DNA of 64,000 nt, from contig CAWGMK010000005.1 in NCBI GenBank assembly GCA_963823655.1, positions 25,439 through 89,438 of the forward strand, written 5' to 3'. Numbering within the stretch: the first letter of the stretch is position 1; every line of letters begins with the position of its first letter. Source of the DNA: an uncultured Bacillota bacterium. GTDB taxonomy: Bacteria; Bacillota; DTU025; MWDF01. Under the pieces are notes generated by a model. That model did no database searches and had not been told where the DNA came from. It was given only the letters and a program-made list of their open reading frames with translations. Shown here piece after piece: positions 50,450-59,574 of this stretch. The position numbers and the translations under genes were made by a program.

Positions 50450-51158
50450 AGTCGTAGTAGCCTACGGCGTAGCCCCGGTAATTCACGAAGTCTCGCTAAC
50501 TGTCCCCGACGGCAAGATCGTAACGCTCCTCGGTGCCAACGGCGCCGGCAAGTCCACGATATTGAAGACCATATCGGGCCTTCTGAAGCCCATAAGCGGA
50601 GAGGTCACATTCGACGGGACGGTAATATCCAAGCTGCCGCCTGAGGAGATAGTGAAGAAGGGCATCGCCCACGTCCCGGAGGGAAGGCTGGTATTCCCAG
50701 GGTTAACCGTTCTGGAGAACCTCAAGATGGGCTCCTATGTGATAAGGCAGAAGAGGAAGAACCTCAAGGAGAACCTCGACAAGGTATATGAGCTGTTCCC
50801 AAGGCTTCTTGAGAGGAAGAACCAGACAGCGGGCACGCTGTCCGGCGGAGAGCAGCAGATGCTTGCGATAGGCAGGGGCCTTATGAGCGAGCCGAAGCTT
50901 CTTATGCTCGACGAGCCTTCATTAGGACTTGCTCCTGTTATCATCGACAGCATCATCGACAAGATAATCGAGATCAACAAGCAGGGGATGACCATCCTCC
51001 TGATAGAGCAGAACGCGCATCTGGCCCTTGAAGTCTGCGACTATGGCTACCTGCTATCCGTCGGCAACATAATGATGCACGGCGAGAAGCAGAAGCTGGT
51101 GAGCGAAGAGGGCATGATCAATGCCTATCTGGGCGGAGGCAAGCAGGAGGCCGTCTGA
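50433..51158 (+). CDS. HAAT ABC ATP-binding protein (LivF-like)
   Basis: GANGAGKS, VPEGR, LSGGEQQMLAIGR, LDEPSLGLAP; GGAGG RBS before ATG 50433. Confidence 0.92.
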   Translation: MLKVDKVVVAYGVAPVIHEVSLTVPDGKIVTLLGANGAGKSTILKTISGLLKPISGEVTFDGTVISKLPPEEIVKKGIAHVPEGRLVFPGLTVLENLKMGSYVIRQKRKNLKENLDKVYELFPRLLERKNQTAGTLSGGEQQMLAIGRGLMSEPKLLMLDEPSLGLAPVIIDSIIDKIIEINKQGMTILLIEQNAHLALEVCDYGYLLSVGNIMMHGEKQKLVSEEGMINAYLGGGKQEAV

Positions 51159-52345
51159 TGAAGATCCTTATATGCAATGTGGGCAGCACTTCGCTGAAGT
51201 ACCGCCTGTTCGAGGACACTGCATGGGAATGCATATCAAAAGGCAAGGTGGAGAGGATCGGTGGCGATAGCTCCACCTTCCAGTTTTCGTTGCTTGACGG
51301 TGCGGTCGTTAGCGGCACCACCGTCATAAAAGACTATGAGTCCGCAATATCCCTCATGCTTGAGCATTTGGTGGGGCCCACAGCGCCGCTTAAGAGCCTC
51401 AACGAGCTTTCTGCCGTTGGCTTCAAGGTCGTCCACGCGAAGGGCGTAACAGGCGTGCAGCTTCTGGATGAGCGGGTTATAAAGGCCATGGAGGACTACA
51501 ACTCCATAGCGCCTGCGCACAATCCCCCCTATATAAAGGCCATAAGGATATTCTCGAAGCTCCTGCCGTCAATACCGATGGTTGGAAGCTTCGAGACGGG
51601 CTTCCATTCCAGGATGCCAAGGCGCGCCTATCTCTACGGCATACCCTATGAGTGGTATGAGAAGTACGGCATAAGAAGGTACGGCTTCCACGGAGCCTCG
51701 CACCAGTATGTGTCGGAGAGGGTGGCTGCCATCCTCGGGGCGATGCCCAAGAGGCTCATCACATGCCACCTTGGCGGCAGCGCGTCTCTTTGCGCCATCA
51801 AGGACGGCGTATCCATAGACACAAGCCTGGGCTTCTCGCTGCAAAGCGGCGTCGAGCACCAGTACAGGTGCGGGGACGTCGACTCGTTCATAATGCCTTT
51901 TCTTATGAAGAGCGCCGGCATGAGCGAGGAAGAAGTGGAAATCGGCATGACGAAGAAGGGCGGCTTAGCCGGGATTTCGGGGCTGTCAGGAGATATAAGG
52001 GACCTGGAGGAGGCCTCGGAGGCGGGCAACGACCGCGCCCTTGCGGCGCTTGAAGTGTTCTCCTATGAGGTGAAGAAGTACATAGGGGCTTATGCTGCGG
52101 CTTTGGGCGGGGTTGATGTGATCTGCTTTGCCGGCGGGATCGGCGAAAACGGGGCCAAGATGCGCTCAAGGATACTGGAAGACATGGAGTATCTAGGTGT
52201 GGAGCTGGACGCGAAGAAGAACCTCGAGCTCAGGGGCGAGGGTGAGATCTCGGCGCCGGGCTCGAAGGTGAAGGTCTTCGTGATCCCCACCGATGAGGAA
52301 CAGATAGTAGCGAAGCTTACGATAGGCCTCGTGAAGAAGGGTTAG
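51158..52345 (+). CDS. Acetate/propionate kinase family protein, atypical subfamily
   Basis: NVGSTSLKY, APAHNP, FETGFH, RRYGFHGASH, CHLGG, GGIGEN, PTDEE; canonical HRVVHGG and MGTRSG replaced by FKVVHAKG and HQYRCG. Confidence 0.87.
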   Translation: MKILICNVGSTSLKYRLFEDTAWECISKGKVERIGGDSSTFQFSLLDGAVVSGTTVIKDYESAISLMLEHLVGPTAPLKSLNELSAVGFKVVHAKGVTGVQLLDERVIKAMEDYNSIAPAHNPPYIKAIRIFSKLLPSIPMVGSFETGFHSRMPRRAYLYGIPYEWYEKYGIRRYGFHGASHQYVSERVAAILGAMPKRLITCHLGGSASLCAIKDGVSIDTSLGFSLQSGVEHQYRCGDVDSFIMPFLMKSAGMSEEEVEIGMTKKGGLAGISGLSGDIRDLEEASEAGNDRALAALEVFSYEVKKYIGAYAAALGGVDVICFAGGIGENGAKMRSRILEDMEYLGVELDAKKNLELRGEGEISAPGSKVKVFVIPTDEEQIVAKLTIGLVKKG

Positions 52346-52386
52346 AAAAGGGCTAGTCAGGCTGGCTTACGCCAAAGGAGCATCAG

Positions 52387-52676
52387 ATGGACAAGCGCAT
52401 ATTGAAGATCAAAGAGGAAGACAACGTCGCGACCGCGATGCAGAAGATAACGCCCGGCGAAGATGATGGATGGGCTAATCAGCCCTTCAGGAGATACCTT
52501 TCGGGCACAAGATCTCGGTGGTGCCCATCAAAAAGGGCGGAATGATACTCAAATATGGCGAAGTAATTGGCGCCGCCAGCCGCGATATTAAGGCCGGCGA
52601 GCATGTGCACATACACAACATGGAGGGGACCAGGGGAAGAGGGGACATCCACTCAGATCCTGCCCACAAGGAGTAG
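52387..52676 (+). CDS. UxaA-family small (SAF domain) subunit; frameshift at ~52470; not in the ORF track
   Basis: MDKRILKIKEEDNVATA, then after the shift IPFGHKIS...ILKYGEVIG...IKAGEHVHIHN..GTRGRGD. Confidence 0.8.
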
Positions 52677-52679
52677 AGC

Positions 52680-53852
52680 ATGAGCGGTATCAAGAATGAA
52701 TTTATGGGCTATCTTAGGGAGAACGGCACGGTCGGCGTAAGGAACTATGTATTGATACTGCCCACCGTAGTCTGCGCTAACGCCACCGCAAGGTCCATCG
52801 CCTCCATGGTGCCAGGCACCACCGTTGTGACCCACCAGCACGGCTGCGCCCAGCTGGGTGCGGATTTCGTGCAGACCCAGAGGACTTTGATAGGCCTTGG
52901 CAGGAACCCGAACGTCAGGGCGGTCCTAGTCGTCGGGCTCGGCTGCGAGAACATGGAGGGCGAGACCGTAGCGGCGGCGATCGCAGCCACCGGCAAAAGG
53001 GTTGAGCTCATCACGATACAGAAGCTGGGCGGCACATTGAAGGCCACAGAGCTGGGAGTGCGCATAGCATCAGAGATGATGAGGGCCCGCTCCACCGATG
53101 TAAGGGTGCCGGCCAGCATAGAGAAGCTGACGCTTGCGCTTGAGTGCGGCGCTTCCGATGCGACCTCCGGCATAACCGCAAACCCTGCTACGGGCCTTGC
53201 GGTCGACATGCTTGTTGATATGGGAGGTTCGGCCATCCTCTCGGAGACTCCGGAGATGATAGGCGCTGAGCACATACTCGCAAAAAGGTGCTGCTCATCT
53301 GGCGTGAAAGACGACCTGTACGGCATCATCGGGGACGCCGAGAGGGGCATAAGCGGCATGGGCGTGGACATCAGAGGGTCTAACCCGACGCCGGGCAATA
53401 TGGCAGGAGGCCTGAGCAGCATTGAGGAGAAGTCGCTAGGCTGCATCTACAAGGCTGGGATCAGCCCTATAAAGCAGGTAGTAAAGTATGCCGAGACTCC
53501 TACAGAGAAGGGCCTCGTTATAATGGACACGCCGGGCCACGATGTTGAATCCATGACAGGGATGGCCGCAGGCGGCGCTCAGGTATGCGTGTTCACGACG
53601 GGCCTGGGAGCTGTTACCGGCTTTCCTATAATGCCCGTGATAAAAGTGTGCGGAAACCCCAGGACCAGCGCGTTCATGAGCGACAATATCGACATAGACG
53701 CAGGCCAGGTCCTGGACGGAAGGGCGAGCCTGCAGCAGGTGGCAGAGCAGATACTAGGTGAGGTCATGGAAGTCTCCACCGGCAAGGCCACGAAGGCGGA
53801 GAGCCTCGGCTACTCCGACATCGCGATAAACAGGATCGGGCCCACCACATAA
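52680..53852 (+). CDS. UxaA/GarD family dehydratase, large subunit
   Basis: GYLRENGTVGVRN, HQHGC, VGLGCE, ECGASD..SG..ANP, NPTPGN..GGLSSIEEKSLG, FTTG.G. Confidence 0.9.
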   Translation: MSGIKNEFMGYLRENGTVGVRNYVLILPTVVCANATARSIASMVPGTTVVTHQHGCAQLGADFVQTQRTLIGLGRNPNVRAVLVVGLGCENMEGETVAAAIAATGKRVELITIQKLGGTLKATELGVRIASEMMRARSTDVRVPASIEKLTLALECGASDATSGITANPATGLAVDMLVDMGGSAILSETPEMIGAEHILAKRCCSSGVKDDLYGIIGDAERGISGMGVDIRGSNPTPGNMAGGLSSIEEKSLGCIYKAGISPIKQVVKYAETPTEKGLVIMDTPGHDVESMTGMAAGGAQVCVFTTGLGAVTGFPIMPVIKVCGNPRTSAFMSDNIDIDAGQVLDGRASLQQVAEQILGEVMEVSTGKATKAESLGYSDIAINRIGPTT

Positions 53853-53896
53853 CCTCGGAATTCACTATCAATAGCAACTGAAAGGCCTGAAAGCCT

Positions 53897-54838
53897 ATGC
53901 ATAAGTTCAATACCTGGGCTTTGGAGAACGGATACAGGACTGCATGGTTCCGGGGGGCGGATATCGATAGGGCCGTTCGCAGAGTGCGAGACCTTGAGCC
54001 AGCCATAGATCCCGGTATCTACGGGAGGTATTTCGAAAGCTTCAAAACGGCCCGCGAGCTCGGCTTATCCCCGGGCGAGCTGGGCCTGATAATCTATCTG
54101 CCCAAGAAGGTCCGCACCGCCTCATTCAAGCTGAGAGGCAAAGCTTACGAGGCGGCAATACCGCCTCCGATCTACTGCGACGAGCCCTCCGATATCGACG
54201 GTTTCGACTCGGAGGTAAACGAAAAGCTCGGCGGCCTGGCGAGGCCGATCAGGTTCCCTATGAAATCCATGAGCGTATTGCTCGGCATCTCCCGCTACGG
54301 CAGGAACAACATCACATACATCGAAGGCCTGGGCAGCCTTTTCATCATGCGCGCATACGCGGTAGAAGGCGTTGCCGAAGCCAATGTCGAACTGAGCGCC
54401 CCCATGGCGGTATTCGATGAGAAGGATGTGCTGTGTCCCGAATGCGACGGCTGCTTCGCATGCCTTGCTTCTTGCCCGACCGCCGCAATTTCGGACGACC
54501 GCTTCCTGCTTCACGCCGAGAGGTGCCTGACCTACTTCAACAAGAACGGCGGGCCGTTCCCTGCCTGGGTCGATAAAGGCTCCCATAACTGCCTTTTGGG
54601 GTGCCTGCACTGCCAGTCGTGCTGCCCCATGGACGAGGGAAAGCTTGTATTCGAAAGCTCTGGCATATGCTTTGAAGAAGACGAAACAAAGCATATACTA
54701 GGACTAACCATGGACGGGGAGCAGAGCGGCATCGAGGTCAGGATAGAGGATAAATACGCGAAGCTTGGAATAGGATATATGAGGGAGCATGTGGCAAGAA
54801 ACCTTGGCGCCCTCTTGGATAGCGGGAACCTCAAGTAA
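53897..54838 (+). CDS. QueG/reductive-dehalogenase-like 2x[4Fe-4S] protein
   Basis: PMK...GISRYGRNNI, CDGCFACLASCPTAA, RCLTY, GCLHCQSCCP. Confidence 0.7.
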   Translation: MHKFNTWALENGYRTAWFRGADIDRAVRRVRDLEPAIDPGIYGRYFESFKTARELGLSPGELGLIIYLPKKVRTASFKLRGKAYEAAIPPPIYCDEPSDIDGFDSEVNEKLGGLARPIRFPMKSMSVLLGISRYGRNNITYIEGLGSLFIMRAYAVEGVAEANVELSAPMAVFDEKDVLCPECDGCFACLASCPTAAISDDRFLLHAERCLTYFNKNGGPFPAWVDKGSHNCLLGCLHCQSCCPMDEGKLVFESSGICFEEDETKHILGLTMDGEQSGIEVRIEDKYAKLGIGYMREHVARNLGALLDSGNLK

Positions 54839-54865
54839 GCGGTACTAAAAATGCGGAGGAATTTG

Positions 54866-55769
54866 ATGTCGAATAACAAGAACAGACAGCTTCTGGGCTA
54901 TCTCTTCATAGCGTTCACAGGTGTAATGTTCGGGTCCTTGGAAGTTGCCTCGAAGCTCGTACCCCATATTCGGCCATTGCAGATGAACTTCGTTCGTTTC
55001 CTAATCGGAGCGATTGTGTTAGCCCCTTTTCCGTTTCTTGAGTTGAAAGCAAGAAAGATCAGGGTAAACATAAAAGATGTTATACAAACAGCACTGCTTG
55101 GAATTCTACTAGTAGGGTTCTCCATGACATTGATGCAAATCGGCATCTCCAAAGTGCCAGCGTCTCAAGTGGCGTTCATATTTGCCTCCAATCCAATGAT
55201 AATTGCAATTCTGGCAACTTTTATACTTAAAGAGAAGCCTGGTTTTCTAACATATGTGTTTATAATCCTTGGAATGACAGGCATGGTATTCATCGTAGAT
55301 CCATTTAGAGGCGCCTTTAATATTGATGTCCTATATCCAATTGCTGCCGTGATCCTGCAGGGGACATACATAGTCCTATCTAGGAAGACTCTCCATGAGG
55401 GTTGGAACCGTATTTGTTACTGGAGTTGGAATACTTTTCGGTTCTATAGCACTAGGGATCTTCAATTTGGTCTCTGGAGCGGGGCTTATCTCCGATATTA
55501 GGCCTGGTGATATTCCGATTATATTGTTTATAGGAGCTTGCATTTCTGGCTTCGCATACCTTTCGTACTTTAAAGGAATGGAGTTAACAAATACTAGCAC
55601 AGGGAGCGTAGTATTCTTTTTGAAGGCGATGACGGCTACTGTACTCTCCATACTAATCCTTAAAGATGCCCCGTCGATGTCCACATACATAGGGGCTGCA
55701 TTCATACTGGCCGGCACCGTGGTCCTGATAATTTCGAACAACCGGAAGAGCAGTCCGGTGAAAAAGTAG
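54866..55769 (+). CDS. DMT/EamA family transporter; frameshift at ~55388
   Basis: RFLIG, NP, ILKEK; second frame FAYLSYFKG, ILKD; more AT-rich codon usage. Confidence 0.8.
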
Positions 55770-55811
55770 CGCAAAACGCCTACTGACTAATAAAGACTGG
55801 AGGTAATCTAA

Positions 55812-55997
55812 ATGCCAATCATCGACATCAAGGTCCTAGAGGGAAAGACGCTCGATCAGAAGCGCAAGGTAGCCGCAGGAGTCACAAAGGTATGCTGTGA
55901 CGAGTTCGGCGTAACCCCGGACGCGGTGAGGGTCATCTTCACGATCATGAGGAAGGAAGACTTCGCAGTCTCCGGCAAGCTCAAGAGCGACAGCTAG
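55812..55997 (+). CDS. 4-oxalocrotonate tautomerase family protein
   Basis: N-terminal Pro (MPII), EGKTLDQKR, AVRV, FAVSG; 61 aa; GGAGGT RBS. Confidence 0.88.
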   Translation: MPIIDIKVLEGKTLDQKRKVAAGVTKVCCDEFGVTPDAVRVIFTIMRKEDFAVSGKLKSDS

Positions 55998-56032
55998 TAG
56001 AACTGCAAGCTCAAGGCAACTCAAGGCAAGCG

Positions 56033-56061
56033 AAGGGTGTGGTTCATATCACACCCTTTTT
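56033..56061 (+). terminator. Intrinsic terminator
   Basis: AAGGGTGTGG-TTCATA-TCACACCCTTTTT. Confidence 0.7.
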
Positions 56062-56109
56062 GAGATTATTCGTGAGCCATTTTCATGAAATCCCGAAGGA
56101 GAAGGCCAT

Positions 56110-56901
56110 TTGAGGATAATCGTTTGCGTCAAACAGGTCCCGGGCAGCAGCAAGGTGGAAGTTGACGAGAAGACCGGGGTGCTTAAAAGGGCGGGCGTCG
56201 AGGCTAAGCTCAACCCTTATGACCTTTATGCGCTTGAGGCCGCGGCAAGGCTTAAGGATGCGTGCGGCGGCGGCAGCATCATAGCTCTAACCATGGGCCC
56301 CCCGCAGGCGAGGGAGGCCCTTGAAGAGGCCTATATGATGGGCGCCGACGAGATGGTGCTCCTGACAGATCGAAGGTTCGGCGGCTCCGACGTTCTTGCC
56401 ACATCGTATGCGCTAGCCCAGGCTATCGGCAAAGTCGGCGGCTACGATCTGATCATCTGCGGCAAACAGACCACAGACGGGGACACCGCCCAGGTCGGCC
56501 CCGAAATCGCCGAGCTGCTGGGCATACCCAACGTCTCGAATGTTTTGAATGTGCTCTCTTGCGCATGCGGCGTACTCAAGATCGAGCACGATTCCCCGGA
56601 CACGGTCTACACCGCGGAGGTTTCCATGCCGTGCCTTATATCGGTCGAGAAGACCAGAAGGTCGCCCAGGCTCCCCTCTTACAAGAGGAAAAAGATGCTC
56701 AAAGACGCGCCGTTTACTCAGCTTACGCTCGATGATCTCGATGACAGGGACGAGGCGAAGTACGGGCTGGACGGCTCTGCCACGCGCGTGGACAGGATTT
56801 TCCCGCCCGAAAGGCGCACGGACCGCGCGCTGTTCAAAAGCGGCGCCGATGATGCCGCCCGCCACATCTTTGACGAGCTCATCGAAGGAAAGCAGGTGTA
56901 G
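56110..56901 (+). CDS. etfB: Electron transfer flavoprotein beta subunit (LctB-like)
   Basis: VCVKQVP, NPYD, TMGPP, DRRFGGSD, GKQTTDGDTAQVGP. Confidence 0.92.
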   Translation: MRIIVCVKQVPGSSKVEVDEKTGVLKRAGVEAKLNPYDLYALEAAARLKDACGGGSIIALTMGPPQAREALEEAYMMGADEMVLLTDRRFGGSDVLATSYALAQAIGKVGGYDLIICGKQTTDGDTAQVGPEIAELLGIPNVSNVLNVLSCACGVLKIEHDSPDTVYTAEVSMPCLISVEKTRRSPRLPSYKRKKMLKDAPFTQLTLDDLDDRDEAKYGLDGSATRVDRIFPPERRTDRALFKSGADDAARHIFDELIEGKQV

Positions 56902-56903
56902 GC

Positions 56904-58094
56904 ATGGCAAAACTTGTCGTACACGATGAGCTGGTAATAGAGCCGTCAAAGCTCGCCTTACTGTGCCCCTTTGGCGCGATTGACGCATCGTCGGGTGGCG
57001 TTTCGATAAACGCTGCCTGCCGCATGTGCATGATATGCGTGAAGAAGTCGGCAGGCGCAATCACCCTGGAGGAGGATGGCGCCCAAGGATTAGAGGACAG
57101 GACCGGCATCGCCGTATTCACGGAGCTTGAGGGAGGGCTAATCCACCCGGTCTCCTTGGAGCTGGCGGGCAAGGCCAGGTCGCTTGCAAACAAGCTGGGA
57201 TGGCCGGTATATGCCGCGGTCATCGGGCATGGGGCCGCAAAAGCCGCCGCAGAGATGCTGCATTACGGCGTGGACCAAGCATATGCTTATGACAGTCCTG
57301 CTTTCGAGCACTTCAGGATCGAGCCCTACACAGCAGCCTTCTGCGACTTCCTGGAGAAGGTCAGACCCTCTGCCGTCCTGGTGGGAGCCACACATGTGGG
57401 ACGAAACCTTGCGCCCAGGACCGCAGCGAGGCTCAATACTGGCCTTACTGCCGATTGCACGGGGCTGGAGCTTGAGGCGGATGGGTCCCTGATACAGACC
57501 AGGCCTGCCTTCGGCGGCAACATCATGGCAAGGATAAAAACGCCCTCCCACAGGCCTCAGATGGCCACGGTGAGGTATAAGGTGATGCAGGCGCCGGAAA
57601 GGGCCATAGAGCCCTCAGGAAGCGTCAAAATCGTTGAAGTCACCGAGGAGATGCTCCATTCGGGAATCAAGATCACCGGGTCCAGGCCGAAGGAGAAGGT
57701 GATAGACCTTACCGAGGCTGACAGGATAATAGTGGCAGGCAGGGGAGTCAGGGGACCCAAGGACATGGCTATGATTCAAGCCCTCGCCGACGCGCTTGGC
57801 GCCCAGGTGGCGACCACAAGGCCGCTGATCGAGGCCGGCTGGCAGGATCCCAGGCGGCAGATAGGCCTGTCAGGCAGGACAGTAAAGCCGAAGCTGATAA
57901 TCACCTGCGGCGTGTCCGGATCGGTGCAGTTCGTGGCCGGTATGGCGAGTGCCGACAGGATCATCGCAATTAACACTGATGAGGACGCCCCGATATTCTC
58001 GGTCGCGCACCTTGAAATCGTCGGCGACATCTACGAGGTGGTGCCGAGGTTGACCGAGCTCATCAAAAGGAGGAGAGCGGATGCCGGTATTTGA
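56904..58094 (+). CDS. etfA: Electron transfer flavoprotein alpha subunit with N-terminal Fe-S domain (LctC-like)
   Basis: CPFGAI...CRMCMIC, GLTADC, TRPAFGGN, QIGLSGRTVKP, GVSGSVQF. Confidence 0.92.
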   Translation: MAKLVVHDELVIEPSKLALLCPFGAIDASSGGVSINAACRMCMICVKKSAGAITLEEDGAQGLEDRTGIAVFTELEGGLIHPVSLELAGKARSLANKLGWPVYAAVIGHGAAKAAAEMLHYGVDQAYAYDSPAFEHFRIEPYTAAFCDFLEKVRPSAVLVGATHVGRNLAPRTAARLNTGLTADCTGLELEADGSLIQTRPAFGGNIMARIKTPSHRPQMATVRYKVMQAPERAIEPSGSVKIVEVTEEMLHSGIKITGSRPKEKVIDLTEADRIIVAGRGVRGPKDMAMIQALADALGAQVATTRPLIEAGWQDPRRQIGLSGRTVKPKLIITCGVSGSVQFVAGMASADRIIAINTDEDAPIFSVAHLEIVGDIYEVVPRLTELIKRRRADAGI

Positions 58095-59499
58095 GAAGCT
58101 GTCGGGCACTGACAAAGACACCCTCATCGCCATATTCGGCAGTGATAGGGTCAAATTCGCGGGCCACTTCAGCGAGGAGTTCTGCCACGATGAGCTGGGC
58201 GGCATCTCATGTCCGCCGGAGGCTGTTGTCTTCCCCTTGAGCACAGGTGAGGTCTCAGCCGTCATGAAGCTAGCTTTTAAGAGGCGCATCGCCGTTACGC
58301 CCAGGGGCCAGGGGACGGGGCTTGTTGGCGGGTGCGTGCCTGTATATGGCGGCATTCTTATGGACATGTCGAGGATGAACAGGATACTTGAGTTGGACGA
58401 GGCCAACATGGCGCTAACGGTAGAGCCGGGAGTGCTCCTCATGGAGATAGTAGAATACACCACGAACCGCGGTTACATGTATCCGCCGGACCCCGGGGAG
58501 AAGTCGGCAACGATCGGGGGCAACATCTCCACGAACGCGGGGGGGATGAGGGCGGTCAAGTACGGCGTGACGCGCGACTATGTAAGAGGGCTGGAAGTGG
58601 TGCTCGCGGACGGCGAGGTGCTTGAGCTGGGCGGAAAGGTGGCCAAGAACAGCTCTGGCTACTCCCTGAAGGATATGATGGTGGGCTCCGAGGGCACGCT
58701 TGGCATAATTACCAAGGCCGTTTTAAAGCTCATACCCTTGCCCAAGAGGGTGGTAAGCCTTCTGGTACCCTTCGAGTCCCTTGAGCAGGCGATAGGGCTG
58801 GTCCCAGAGATTACTAGGTCGGGTGGGGCTCCACAGGCGGTGGAGTTCATGGAGCGCTCCGTAATCAAGGCGGCCGAAGATTTCCTGGGCAAGGAATTCC
58901 CGGACAGCTCGGCTCCCTGTTATCTGCTGATTTCATTTGATGGGTCCGGCAAGAAGGAAGTCGAAAACGCCTATGAGTCCGTAGCCGAGCTCTGCCTGGC
59001 AAAGGGCGCGACCGACGTCTTCATATCTGCCACCGAGGAGCGGCAGGAGATAATCTGGAAGGCGCGCGGCGCGTTTTTGGAGGCTATCAAGTCTTCGACC
59101 ACCCAGATGGACGAATGCGACGTCGTGGTGCCAAGAGACAGGGTGGCCGAGCTTATTTCATTCACACATTCGCTTGAAAGCAGGCATGGTGTGAGGATCA
59201 TGAGCTTCGGGCATGCGGGAGACGGCAATTTGCATGTGTATGTGCTGAAAGACGCGCTTGATGAGAAGTCTTGGATCGAGCGCCATGATGCGGTCATGAA
59301 GGCGCTTTACGGCAAGGCTAACGAGCTGAGAGGGCAAGTTTCCGGGGAGCATGGCATTGGGTACGACAAGCAGGCCGAGCTTTGCGGTTCGCTCGGATCA
59401 AGGGCGATTGAGATCATGAGTGGGATTAAACAGGCATTTGACCCTGAGGGAATATTGAACCCGGGCAAGGTCATTTGCGGGGGAAGGGCCGGCAAGTAG
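58081..59499 (+). CDS. FAD-linked 2-hydroxyacid dehydrogenase (LctD/GlcD-like)
   Basis: RGQGTGLVGG, PPDPG, TIGGN..TNAGG..AVKYG, GSEGTL, GHAGDGNLH, SGEHGIG, NPGK. Confidence 0.88.
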   Translation: MPVFEKLSGTDKDTLIAIFGSDRVKFAGHFSEEFCHDELGGISCPPEAVVFPLSTGEVSAVMKLAFKRRIAVTPRGQGTGLVGGCVPVYGGILMDMSRMNRILELDEANMALTVEPGVLLMEIVEYTTNRGYMYPPDPGEKSATIGGNISTNAGGMRAVKYGVTRDYVRGLEVVLADGEVLELGGKVAKNSSGYSLKDMMVGSEGTLGIITKAVLKLIPLPKRVVSLLVPFESLEQAIGLVPEITRSGGAPQAVEFMERSVIKAAEDFLGKEFPDSSAPCYLLISFDGSGKKEVENAYESVAELCLAKGATDVFISATEERQEIIWKARGAFLEAIKSSTTQMDECDVVVPRDRVAELISFTHSLESRHGVRIMSFGHAGDGNLHVYVLKDALDEKSWIERHDAVMKALYGKANELRGQVSGEHGIGYDKQAELCGSLGSRAIEIMSGIKQAFDPEGILNPGKVICGGRAGK

Positions 59500-59526
59500 T
59501 AAAAGCCTGGCTTGTGAGCTGATTTT

Positions 59527-59567
59527 AGGGCCCTGTTTGCAGCTTAATCGATGCAAGCAGGGCCTTT
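59527..59567. terminator. Terminator between convergent genes
   Basis: AGGGCCCTGTTTGCA...TGCAAGCAGGGCCTTT. Confidence 0.6.
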
Positions 59568-59574
59568 CTTCTCG

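Noticed and set aside
52387-53852. Sulfolactate sulfo-lyase suyAB
   Set aside because: The large subunit has LPTVVCAN/HQHGC rather than the LPLDDLSN/HAYGRLQFG segments I recall for SuyB, and no clear sulfite-handling genes are present. This rejection is tentative.
56010-56029. CTCAAGGCAA tandem duplication
   Set aside because: Only two 10-bp units with no spacers; not a CRISPR array or a meaningful repeat.
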